Virus record (IMG/VR): IMGVR_UViG_3300043676_000035
Location: 1 to 42,066 of that record
DNA: 42,066 bases
Direction: 5' to 3' (one strand)
Source of the DNA: a virus
Taxonomy: Duplodnaviria > Caudoviricetes
Numbering within the stretch: position 1 is the stretch's first letter; every line of letters starts with the position of its first letter. The notes below the pieces were generated by a model. The model did not search any database. It was not told where the DNA came from and saw nothing but the letters and a program-made list of their open reading frames with translations. The position numbers and the translations under genes are program-made. Shown here piece after piece: positions 14,951-23,110 of this stretch.

Positions 14951-15547
14951 CTAGCGTTTACGCGCCTTCGCGCGCTTGATGTAGTTGATGACGCTGGCGC
15001 GGGTCATGCCGAACTTGCGCGCCAGAGCCGATTTGTTTGCGCCCTTCTTGGTGGCGAGCTTCACAAGCCTCGCTGCCCGCGAGGCGTTCAGCATTGGCTT
15101 CGGGCCATAGGCGTATCCGCGTTCCTGGAGCGCCCTGATGCCAGCCGACGTGCGTTCGGAGGTCTGTTCCGCCACGAACTGCGCCACCGCGCCGAACACG
15201 CTCAGCAATAGCCGGCCGGTCGGCGTTGACCAGTCGATGCCCTCTGTAATTGACCGGAAACCCGCGCCCGAGGCGTGTACGCGGTCCAAGATCAGGAACA
15301 GTTCGCGCAGGTTGCGAGTGAGCCGGTCGAGCTTGTAGACGACCAGCGTATCGCCGGGGCGTAGGTCCATCAGCGCAAGCTCTAGCTGCTTGCGCGTGCG
15401 GCGCTTCGATGCGCTCGCGTGTTCCTTGTAGATATTCCAACACCCTTCACGCTCCAGTGCGTCGATCTGTGATCGCAAGTTCTGATCTGCGGTGCTCACG
15501 CGGGCGTAGCCGATGATCTTGCCCGTAGGCGCCGCTTGCTTCTGCAC
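14951..15547 (-). CDS. Small serine recombinase (resolvase/invertase family)
   Basis: IGYARVSTADQ, LRPGDTLVVYKLDRLTR, ID.STPTGRL, C-terminal HTH. Confidence 0.95.
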   Translation of the reverse strand: MQKQAAPTGKIIGYARVSTADQNLRSQIDALEREGCWNIYKEHASASKRRTRKQLELALMDLRPGDTLVVYKLDRLTRNLRELFLILDRVHASGAGFRSITEGIDWSTPTGRLLLSVFGAVAQFVAEQTSERTSAGIRALQERGYAYGPKPMLNASRAARLVKLATKKGANKSALARKFGMTRASVINYIKRAKARKR

Positions 15548-15554
15548 ACCGATC

Positions 15555-15640
15555 CGACCTTATCCACCGTTACACCGCATCCTCCCACAAATCGCTTGAC
15601 GTGTCAAATAGGCGTATGCTACTTATGTATGCTACTTATA
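15555..15640. promoter_or_regulatory. Divergent control region / possible res-like site
   Basis: Palindrome TTGAC-GT-GTCAA 15596-15607; tandem 13-mer GTATGCTACTTAT x2 at 15614-15639; TTATCCACC 15560-68. Confidence 0.5.
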
Positions 15641-15664
15641 CACCATTGGAGACGGAGGACGGAC

Positions 15665-15802
15665 ATGAGGATCACGGTAAGCTTCGATGGGGAAGAGTGG
15701 TCAGTCTGGGAGGCAAACAGCATCACCCGCCTCGGAACCAGGAAGACCAGGAAAGCCGCCGAGAGACTGGCAGACAAGATCAGGAAGGAAGCGGGGCTCT
15801 AA
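15665..15802 (+). CDS. Small hypothetical protein
   Basis: GGAGG SD; MRITVSFDGEEWSVW... Confidence 0.65.
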   Translation: MRITVSFDGEEWSVWEANSITRLGTRKTRKAAERLADKIRKEAGL

Positions 15803-15831
15803 GCCCCGCCTACCTGTAACCGGAGCCCGCT

Positions 15832-16044
15832 ATGACCCGCGAGACGCCAGAACTACCCGATGATGGTGCGGCTGCGGTGCGCGCGGCGCGTGATCGAGTG
15901 ACGGACATCGTTCAGCGCGCGGTGCTGGCCGAGCGCGAAGCGTGCGCCAAGCTGGCTGATCGGCACGCGGAAGATGCCGAGCACTTAACCCAGGCGGAGA
16001 ACACTGCGATCCTCATCGCGGCAGACATCCGCATGAGACGATAA
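15832..16044 (+). CDS. Hypothetical protein
   Basis: AEREACAKLAD...IAADIR motif typical of small phage proteins. Confidence 0.7.
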   Translation: MTRETPELPDDGAAAVRAARDRVTDIVQRAVLAEREACAKLADRHAEDAEHLTQAENTAILIAADIRMRR

Positions 16045-16075
16045 GGAAGCCCCAGAGGCTTGAGCAATGAGACAC

Positions 16076-16165
16076 ATGGACATCGGCAAGGCTTGGGCGA
16101 CGTGGGCGATCATCCTCGCCGTCGCCTGCCTCATGGTCGGCCTCGTGCTCGGGAAGCTGTTGTGA
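16076..16165 (+). CDS. 29-aa single-TM peptide
   Basis: MDIGKAWATWAIILAVACLMVGLVLGKLL. Confidence 0.5.
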   Translation: MDIGKAWATWAIILAVACLMVGLVLGKLL

Positions 16166-16267
16166 TGTGCATGCTGTGCAACGAGCCCGCTAACGATCCG
16201 TGCGGGGACTATGTAGAAGCCGCGCGCTGCCAAATCTGGCGCCGCGCGAAACGGTAAGATAGGCCCC

Positions 16268-16534
16268 ATGACAAGCCCCATCATCGTCCAGGCGCTAGCG
16301 GCAACAGAGTTGCGCAATCATCCGTTGAGGACGCAGGACGATTGCTGCGCGCTCGCGGCGCGCGTTGCGATGATGCTGGAAATGAAGCCGTGGACGGATG
16401 AGCTGATTTTCGAGACAGCGGCGAGCATGGCCGCTGGCGTTTTTGGGCCGGCCTATGAAGCTGCCAATTATGGTCAGCGTACAGCATGGATCGATATGTG
16501 CGAGCGCGCGATCCGCAGCGAACTAAAACGGTAA
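16268..16534 (+). CDS. Hypothetical protein
   Basis: 88-aa ORF in the run of early genes. Confidence 0.55.
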   Translation: MTSPIIVQALAATELRNHPLRTQDDCCALAARVAMMLEMKPWTDELIFETAASMAAGVFGPAYEAANYGQRTAWIDMCERAIRSELKR

Positions 16535-16546
16535 GGAAGGCCGCTA

Positions 16547-16735
16547 ATGGGCAAGCCACTCCAGATCAGCGACGAGCAAATCGCATTCCTTGCGCGCTTC
16601 GCTCCGCGAGGCTGGATGGCATATCCGCGCGATGACACAGACGAGCAGGTCGCGGTCGATTTGGCGCTGCGGAAGCGCTGGCTACCCGGCGCAGCATCCA
16701 TGACGCCCCGGACGGCTGGATTGTCCGCCTCATGA
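16547..16735 (+). CDS. Hypothetical protein
   Basis: AAGGAAGG SD, 62 aa. Confidence 0.5.
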   Translation: MGKPLQISDEQIAFLARFAPRGWMAYPRDDTDEQVAVDLALRKRWLPGAASMTPRTAGLSAS

Positions 16736-16938
16736 CGGAGGCGGCGAGTGAGATCGAGCGGCTGGACCGTATGGTCGCGCACGCCTCCGCGGTTGGAGTG
16801 ACATTCCCACCCGATACGCTGCCCAAATCTCCGGGTGCAGCTGTCATGGTGGAATGCCCCGTCTGCAATACGGTGTGGGAGGCTGACAATCACGACAGAT
16901 GCCCTACGTGCGCACTCCCGCCGCAAGGCCTCAACTGA
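16732..16938 (+). CDS. Small zinc-ribbon protein
   Basis: CPVC...CPTC. Confidence 0.6.
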   Translation: MTEAASEIERLDRMVAHASAVGVTFPPDTLPKSPGAAVMVECPVCNTVWEADNHDRCPTCALPPQGLN

Positions 16939-16974
16939 GGTCTCTTTGTTTCTGCAACTCCACAGCGTTCAAGT

Positions 16975-17002
16975 CGTTCGCATAATAGATCTTATGGAAT
17001 AT
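16975..17002. other. dif-like XerC/XerD recombination site
   Basis: CGTTCGCATAA-TAGATC-TTATGGAATAT: 11-6-11 layout with the CGCATAA/TTATG core of dif; intergenic, AT-rich. Confidence 0.82.
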
Positions 17003-17083
17003 ATTCATCTTCCCGCCACAATCGACAGGGGTTTACGGCTGTTTCTGGGAGAAGCAACCTTATCCCATATTCGGAGCGATTTG

Positions 17084-17167
17084 TCAAATATGAGGCGCCA
17101 CGATGACCACCGCGGCACCCGCCAGCACACACACGATGAACCATCCAAACAGGATTGCCCGGTTCAA
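17084..17167 (-). CDS. 27-aa TM peptide (TTG start)
   Basis: (M)NRAILFGWFIVCVLAGAAVVIVAPHI; TTGA overlap with the upstream stop. Confidence 0.4.
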   Translation of the reverse strand: MNRAILFGWFIVCVLAGAAVVIVAPHI

Positions 17168-17421
17168 TGAATTAGGGCGCGCAGGAGGGCTGCCGCTTTC
17201 TCCGGCGAGATCAAACCAACTATGGACGTGATTGCTACCGTAGCCATGGCGGCGATCTGCATCCACGGCAGCCTCTTGCCATGGTCCTTGGTGCCGTTGC
17301 CGTTTCGCCGTAGGTGCATCATGACGAGCCCCCAACGGTCGTCCGACCTTGCTTGCAGGTTCTCTAGTCCAGATTCCAGCTTCCCAACCCGGTAAGCCAT
17401 CTCTACCAGTTGCACGTGCAT
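17164..17421 (-). CDS. Holin-like membrane protein
   Basis: Coiled N-terminus plus C-terminal TM, in the lysis cassette. Confidence 0.55.
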   Translation of the reverse strand: MHVQLVEMAYRVGKLESGLENLQARSDDRWGLVMMHLRRNGNGTKDHGKRLPWMQIAAMATVAITSIVGLISPEKAAALLRALIH

Positions 17422-17506
17422 GGGTCATAGCGCGTCGCGCCCCTCTATTTAGCCGTCGCCGCCGGGCTTGCTGGTCTGCTAGCCCACCCCAACACGGTGG
17501 CAGCCC

Positions 17507-17632
17507 CTAGAAACGCCGTAGAGGCTGCGCCAAGCGCCGCCACGGTTCCACCCTGTAGAGATATGCTGCCAGGACCGCGCACGCGCTCCCAGAGGCCACC
17601 AAGAGCCAAACAACGATGGCGGGGCTGGTCAT
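17507..17632 (-). CDS. 41-aa TM peptide with basic tail (holin/antiholin candidate)
   Basis: MTSPAIVVWLLVASGSACAVLAAYLYRVEPWRRLAQPLRRF; ATGA overlap. Confidence 0.45.
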   Translation of the reverse strand: MTSPAIVVWLLVASGSACAVLAAYLYRVEPWRRLAQPLRRF

Positions 17633-17892
17633 GACAGCGGAACCTGTTTTTGCTCGCATTTATCCGAATACACGGTGGGCTTTCCTGATTTCTGAGTTGC
17701 ATACACCGAGTTATGGGCGATTATCTGCTTTCGCGCCTCACCCTTGGCCTCATCGCATTTCCATACGATGGGCTTCCACGGACGCAAGTCCGAGACCGGA
17801 ACCGGCTTATCGGTCGCGCACCCGCCAAGGATCGTCGCGACCAGGCTTGCCAGCAGCAACGGCCTCACGGACTGTTTCGGCTTGTTTCGCAT
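17629..17892 (-). CDS. o-spanin (Rz1-like lipoprotein)
   Basis: Signal peptide with lipobox LGGC; overlaps the i-spanin in another frame. Confidence 0.7.
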   Translation of the reverse strand: MRNKPKQSVRPLLLASLVATILGGCATDKPVPVSDLRPWKPIVWKCDEAKGEARKQIIAHNSVYATQKSGKPTVYSDKCEQKQVPLS

Positions 17893-18055
17893 TTGCGTCG
17901 GCCTTCTGTGTGATCTTCGCCTCAAACTTTGACGCACCTACGGACCGCTCGTGATATTTCCAAGCCTCATACCCCACGCCCGCCGCGAGTAGCGCGACCG
18001 CGTAGAGAACCCATCGGGAGCCCGTCAGGGCCGCCAGGGCACCTAGGAACGTCAT
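17807..18055 (-). CDS. i-spanin (Rz-like)
   Basis: N-terminal TM plus helical periplasmic segment, right after the endolysin. Confidence 0.7.
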   Translation of the reverse strand: MTFLGALAALTGSRWVLYAVALLAAGVGYEAWKYHERSVGASKFEAKITQKADANAKQAETVREAVAAGKPGRDDPWRVRDR

Positions 18056-18906
18056 TGGGTTGCGCCCTCCCTGCACCGCTGGGCGTACTGCGCCAGCTCA
18101 AAGATAATGACGGCCGCAACCGCAATGCCGCCGATTTCAAGCATATGATCCTGCAGGAACGCCATGGCCCCGGCGCAGCTCGCCGTTATGGTTTTGATGT
18201 TCATGCGGTTGGCCCAATAGAGCCAGCTATCCATTTTCAGACGGTCGTGGATTTCAAAGTGCGCTTCGGTGCTCAATGCCTCGGCTTCGATTGCCTTGGG
18301 TGCAACTACGGCCTCCTCCGTCTCAGGCGATCCGCCGAGGATCGCCGGGTCCAGGTCCGCCATGATCTTTAGGACCGCCATGCACCCGTCTTGCCGGTCA
18401 ACCGCTGTCGAGCTGTATTTTCCGTCCGACACGAATTTGCCAGCTTGATAGTGGTTCGTGTCGGCCCATAGATAGGGCGAGAGACCACGATTGGGGTGGC
18501 GATAGCCAAATCCGTTGAACCGCTCCAGCTCGTAGCAGACACGTTCAATGGGCCACTCGCGGACATTCTGCAGCCCCTTGATCCGCAGCGCGTCAATGGC
18601 GCTTTCGTCCCATCCAAACGGGGGCGAGCCTTTGGCGGGCCGTCCGGCCGGGACGTGGTAGGTGCGCGCGCTCAGGCTGTCCCCGTTGTGCAGATGGGTG
18701 CCGAAATTGCAGTAACTCTCCCTCATGTGCGCCAGGCCGATGAAGTACCAGGGCACACCAAGCGCACCGCCGACCGCCTCGTAATGAGCGCGGCCGGCTA
18801 GCACCTTGGTGGCGGCCCGCCGCGCCTGGCCATCGCGGTCCGGTCGGATTTCGACGGACGCCCAGAGCCGGGCGTATTCGTCGCGAAGATCGTCAAGCGT
18901 CGGCAT
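18052..18906 (-). CDS. Endolysin, lysozyme-family (COG5526-like) with C-terminal hydrophobic segment
   Basis: GVPWYFIGLAHMRES..NF.THLHNGD.L..RT.HVPAGRP...W.ESAIDAL...ERFNG.GY...SPYLW..T. Confidence 0.88.
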   Translation of the reverse strand: MPTLDDLRDEYARLWASVEIRPDRDGQARRAATKVLAGRAHYEAVGGALGVPWYFIGLAHMRESYCNFGTHLHNGDSLSARTYHVPAGRPAKGSPPFGWDESAIDALRIKGLQNVREWPIERVCYELERFNGFGYRHPNRGLSPYLWADTNHYQAGKFVSDGKYSSTAVDRQDGCMAVLKIMADLDPAILGGSPETEEAVVAPKAIEAEALSTEAHFEIHDRLKMDSWLYWANRMNIKTITASCAGAMAFLQDHMLEIGGIAVAAVIIFELAQYAQRCREGATQ

Positions 18907-18912
18907 GGCCCC

Positions 18913-19248
18913 TCAATGCGTTACGGCATCGGCGACGCCGTTAGGCTTGCTCTGCTCCATTGGAGCGTTCGGCGCCTTGGCCTCGATAACCCCAGAGCAG
19001 AACCTTGCCAGGTCGCGCGTTGCTGTCCCGAACGGAAACGATCTTATCAGCTCCACCAGGACGGCCGCGTCGGCATCTTCCAAGAGGAGGCCGTACGGGT
19101 CCGCGCTTGCGTCCAGCGCGTCCCACACGCGGCGCCTCTTTAGCATCTGATCGAACGAACATCCGCGCTCGCCTGGATGGCGCAGCACAGCCTCGATGAT
19201 GTCGCGACCTGTGTTCCCATCTACGTCGGGGAGTGATATATATTTCAC
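18913..19248 (-). CDS. Putative tail-fibre assembly chaperone
   Basis: 111 aa between fibre and endolysin; GGAG SD, GTG start. Confidence 0.55.
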   Translation of the reverse strand: MKYISLPDVDGNTGRDIIEAVLRHPGERGCSFDQMLKRRRVWDALDASADPYGLLLEDADAAVLVELIRSFPFGTATRDLARFCSGVIEAKAPNAPMEQSKPNGVADAVTH

Positions 19249-19295
19249 GTTCGGTTCTCCATTTGGGTTGGACTTACACGGGGATGCACACCGCT

Positions 19296-19742
19296 ATGAG
19301 CGACAGACAATCGGAAATTCAGCGCATTCGGGCTGTGAACGCGAGGGCCGCCCAAGAGAGGGCCGAACTCTCTGCGCGGATTAGCGAGCTGCTGCGGTTC
19401 CTCGCGGCAGGGGCCGCTGCTGCTGCTCTGGCTTTTCTTGTGCGGCGCCTCTTGGTTGACCTCGGTGTTTCGTTCAGCGTTGCCGTCCCCGCGTCCTACC
19501 TTGCGTGCATACCTGTCGGGTACTGGCTCAATCGTCTGTTTGTGTTCCATTCGGAGCAGCAGGGCCCGCTTGTTTTTGCTAAGTTTTGTATTTCGCTGCT
19601 GGCTGGCCTCGCAACCGTATCGATTGTAAGCATGACGTTCGCCGCCGTGCTCAACGGGGACGTAGCGCACGGCCTCGGTATCTGCGCATCGGCAGCCGTC
19701 AACTACGTGCTGACTAGGGCCATATTCGCGAATAGAGAATGA
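19296..19742 (+). CDS. gtrA: GtrA-family membrane protein (4 TM), inverted in the late operon
   Basis: LLRFL.AG.......Y.LNR.FVF...F.KF....AHG.GI...A.VNY. Confidence 0.82.
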   Translation: MSDRQSEIQRIRAVNARAAQERAELSARISELLRFLAAGAAAAALAFLVRRLLVDLGVSFSVAVPASYLACIPVGYWLNRLFVFHSEQQGPLVFAKFCISLLAGLATVSIVSMTFAAVLNGDVAHGLGICASAAVNYVLTRAIFANRE

Positions 19743-19759
19743 GCGTTCCATCTTCTCTC

Positions 19760-21973
19760 CTAGAAAGCTGGAAGATATCGTATCGTGCCGTTGTCATTCA
19801 CCGGAAGCCACTTCGTTGGATTTCCAGTGGAGCCACTGGAGCCCGGTGCATTCGCAAACGTGACGCCTGAGCCCGTTCCGGCCCCGTTGGTCAGGTCGGC
19901 CGTTGAAGTCATGAGCGTCCCCGTATTGGTCACAAATCCCGCGGATGTAATCCGCGCATAGGTCACGCCGCCGCCCGTATTCCTGAAAGCGTGGGTGGTG
20001 TGAGAATAGTAGTTCGTGGAGTCCGTGCCCGATATTCCCGCCTCAAAGACAGTGTTGGCGCCGCCAGCATCATAGAAGCCAAAATATCCTGAACTGCTTT
20101 TGATGGCCGCTACACCGCCAATAGTAAAGCCGTGAGTAGCGTCGGGGACACCTACGGCCACATCCAGCGATGCCGCGAACACTTTTTTGGCTACGCCGAT
20201 GCCTCCGGTGACGATCAGCGCCCCCGTGCCCGTGGTTGTGCTGGCCGTCGCGTTCGCGACGGTAATCACGCCAGTTGACGAAATGGTGGGTGGCGTGGTG
20301 GCCGGCGTCAGAGGAACGACGCCAGCGCCGCCGCCCACCACAATCGCATTGGCGGCCAGCGCAGCAGAGGATGCCAGGGCGCCGGCCGCGGTGTAGGCTA
20401 GGATGCCGCCGCTGGTGCCCGAAGCTAACCCGGTGCCGCCGCGCGCCACGGATAGCTGGCCGGTCCACCCGAGCGTGAACGACGTAGAGTTGATAACGGC
20501 GCCTGCCGGCGTCCCTCCCAAAGCCAACGTGACGTTTGTATCGTCGGTCTTGCTGATGTTGCCAAGCGATGACACTCCAGTACCACCGTTGCCCGCGCCG
20601 AGCGTGCCGGTGACGGCGTTGCCAGACGACAGCAGCAATTGCCCGAAGGCCAGCGCGTTGCCGGCCGAGTTGACGCGAAGGACCTGATCGCTGGTGCCCT
20701 GAATATCGGCCACGTTGGCGGTAGCGTTGCCGGTGACGCCGATGACGGAGCGCGCCACGCCCTGACGCAGCATAGCATCCGTGATCTTGTTGTTGCCGAC
20801 AGCGGTGACGCCGGAAGCGTTGATAGTAATATCGCCGCTTAGGGATTTCCAAAGAGGCGTGGCGGAAGTCTGACCGACAACGATCTGCCCATCAGTGCCC
20901 GCTGCTGCCGGGGTAACAAGATTGCCGTTAACTCGGTAGGCGCCAGCCGCATTGATAACCCCATCCACGGCGCTGCCCGTGGGTGTCCCAATTACAACCC
21001 CCGCATCGCTGGCGGAAAACCTAGCCGTACCGCCAACCGTAATTGCCCAAGCATTCGACGAGGTAACCGAAAACCCTGTAACCGCGTAGATGCCAATGCC
21101 AACAACGAGGCTGGTGCTAAAGTATCCGGTTGTGAACCGCGCGCCTGTGTCTCCCAGCTTGAACACATTATCAAGGCCAGAACAGATGCGGTCTTGATCG
21201 GCATCGACGGTGAGGAGAACCCTATCCGCCACACCATTGCGGTATCCCTTCAAATCGAAAAGCGAATCCTCTGCCCCCGCTGTGGCAGTAACCAGTCCGG
21301 CGTTAAGGATGCACGCGCTTAGAAGGCCGCCCGTCGTGTTGTACCCTTGCCAGTAAATTGATCCGCCTGGGCCGCCGCTTGGCGTGTCGTCGCGGTTACG
21401 CAGAATGAGAATAGGATACTGCTGTCCACCCACAGTGGATGCAGCAATGACAAAGGTGTCGGTGACCGCCTTGAATAGGCACGTGCCGACCTCGCCAACA
21501 GCGTCGTCGGTGCCGATCGTGACGCGGCCGGTGTCGTCGACATAAAGCCCGCCGATGCCGCTATTCTGATTGCCGAGCCAGAGCTTCTTGCCAGCTCCGC
21601 TAGCGACAAGCATAACGTCGCCGGCCACTGAACCATTTAGAACAGCATTTGTTGCGCCGGCCACCGCGAGAACGCCATCAGCGAACGTTCGTCCTATGGA
21701 GAGGGAGGCACTGGTGCCTGCCGCTCCACTCAAGAGCGCCAGCGATACGGCATGAATGCCGTTGCTATCGTCGATAGACACGCCGGAGGATTGCAACGCG
21801 CCAGCGATGCCATCGAAGCGAGGAACCGTATTATCGACGGAGCTAGTTGGCAAAAGCGCGCGCACGGCCTGTATGGCATCCCAGACATTGCTATAGGGCA
21901 GCCCGCTTGACGGCTGGTGCGTTACGTCGTGCGCCTGCTTCTGCGCGCCGATCCTAGTGTCAATCGCGCTCAT
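19760..21973 (-). CDS. Tail fibre / receptor-binding protein
   Basis: 737 aa G/S/T/A-rich, GGTG repeats, N-terminal NVWDAI motif. Confidence 0.85.
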   Translation of the reverse strand: MSAIDTRIGAQKQAHDVTHQPSSGLPYSNVWDAIQAVRALLPTSSVDNTVPRFDGIAGALQSSGVSIDDSNGIHAVSLALLSGAAGTSASLSIGRTFADGVLAVAGATNAVLNGSVAGDVMLVASGAGKKLWLGNQNSGIGGLYVDDTGRVTIGTDDAVGEVGTCLFKAVTDTFVIAASTVGGQQYPILILRNRDDTPSGGPGGSIYWQGYNTTGGLLSACILNAGLVTATAGAEDSLFDLKGYRNGVADRVLLTVDADQDRICSGLDNVFKLGDTGARFTTGYFSTSLVVGIGIYAVTGFSVTSSNAWAITVGGTARFSASDAGVVIGTPTGSAVDGVINAAGAYRVNGNLVTPAAAGTDGQIVVGQTSATPLWKSLSGDITINASGVTAVGNNKITDAMLRQGVARSVIGVTGNATANVADIQGTSDQVLRVNSAGNALAFGQLLLSSGNAVTGTLGAGNGGTGVSSLGNISKTDDTNVTLALGGTPAGAVINSTSFTLGWTGQLSVARGGTGLASGTSGGILAYTAAGALASSAALAANAIVVGGGAGVVPLTPATTPPTISSTGVITVANATASTTTGTGALIVTGGIGVAKKVFAASLDVAVGVPDATHGFTIGGVAAIKSSSGYFGFYDAGGANTVFEAGISGTDSTNYYSHTTHAFRNTGGGVTYARITSAGFVTNTGTLMTSTADLTNGAGTGSGVTFANAPGSSGSTGNPTKWLPVNDNGTIRYLPAF

Positions 21974-23109
21974 TACAAAAGCTCCTCAACATGGAGAGTC
22001 GCCGCCGCGACCCCGCCAAATAGACGGCCACTGGTGGTTCCGTTCATGCGCATTGCCGCGCCGAACGCACCCGATACGTTGACGCTCCATGTCACCGAGG
22101 AAACCGACCCCGGCGCGTATTCGTAGACAAGGACACCCTCGCTGCCGTTTGATCCAGACGGGCATACCCAGGCGCCAGCGCGAACCGCGTCCGGGCCAGC
22201 CCCAGCGAACATTGCCGCCACCCAATTGCTATTGGAGACAAACCCCATTCCCCTGAACGTGGCGCGCACCCGGCTATCGGTGCGGCGGGGGGCGTGCGCA
22301 ACGCTGAGGATTTGCGTGCCCTCCGTGATCTGCGGTATTGTGTTGTCAATGGGAATAGCCGGCGTGGTGATGTCTGACGAGTTGGTCGCGTATTCCGCAT
22401 AAGCATGATTTGGCGCTGCCTGCCGAACGCGAAGCGGTGACATATATTTCGCATTGTCGCTGCCTGCCGTCGCGTCTGCTTGTGTCGCGAGGCTAAGCAT
22501 TGCGGCCACAATCTCTGCCAGAGTATCGTATGCAGCGGAAACGCCGCCCAGAACCACGTCAATGGCGGCTTTCAGCCCGGCAGGCGTCACGGCGCGCGCC
22601 GTGTCTGTGCCGGTCGTGGCCTCCGCAGTTGTGGCCAGCTCCACCTTGCCCGCGACAGTTTCCGACGCGGCAGATATTAGCGTAGTCGGGTCATTGACGC
22701 CGTTCACGATCCACACGTTGGCGTAATATGTAAACTTCTGAACAGAGCCCAGGAGAAGGGCGGCGGTTGGTATGCCCGTTCCCAAGGCAGACTGAATGGC
22801 TTTTGCCCCGGTGCTGTCTACATTAAGCGTCGGGGTTGCGCCGTTTGTGGCGTGCATCCGGCAGGTAATAGAAATCCCGTCAACAAGAGAAAGAACCTCG
22901 TTTGTGGTGACGGTATAGGCCGTCGCGCCGCCGCCCGTCACAAGGCTGCCCTGCCAGTCTAGACACCACTTTTTCACAGCGACCATAAAGGCGCGAATGG
23001 AGTCGTTGAGCGTGCCCGGTCCCTGTCCCTCGCTCGCCACGATGGTGCTATCAGCCGTCCCGTTGGATGCCGCTGTCGTTGAGAATGCGTTCTGTACGCC
23101 CGTTGCCAT
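21973..23109 (-). CDS. Tail fibre (proximal/anchor)
   Basis: N.GA.TLNVD..GAK.I and ASETVAGKVELATTAEA..GTD..RAVTP fibre repeats. Confidence 0.85.
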   Translation of the reverse strand: MATGVQNAFSTTAASNGTADSTIVASEGQGPGTLNDSIRAFMVAVKKWCLDWQGSLVTGGGATAYTVTTNEVLSLVDGISITCRMHATNGATPTLNVDSTGAKAIQSALGTGIPTAALLLGSVQKFTYYANVWIVNGVNDPTTLISAASETVAGKVELATTAEATTGTDTARAVTPAGLKAAIDVVLGGVSAAYDTLAEIVAAMLSLATQADATAGSDNAKYMSPLRVRQAAPNHAYAEYATNSSDITTPAIPIDNTIPQITEGTQILSVAHAPRRTDSRVRATFRGMGFVSNSNWVAAMFAGAGPDAVRAGAWVCPSGSNGSEGVLVYEYAPGSVSSVTWSVNVSGAFGAAMRMNGTTSGRLFGGVAAATLHVEELL

Positions 23110-23110
23110 C

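Noticed and set aside
14951-15547. Recombinase as tail-fibre invertase (Gin/Cin-like) or as phage integrase
   Set aside because: More than 4 kb from the fibres, no alternative inverted fibre ends seen, and it lacks the large C-terminal domains of serine integrases
17084-17428. 114-aa ORF as a single gene, or read-through from the 41-aa peptide
   Set aside because: Its N-terminal part overlaps the more plausible 85-aa gene; only the C-terminal TM segment looks coding
19760-23109. Diversity-generating retroelement acting on tail fibres
   Set aside because: No reverse transcriptase ORF and no TR/VR repeat pair seen
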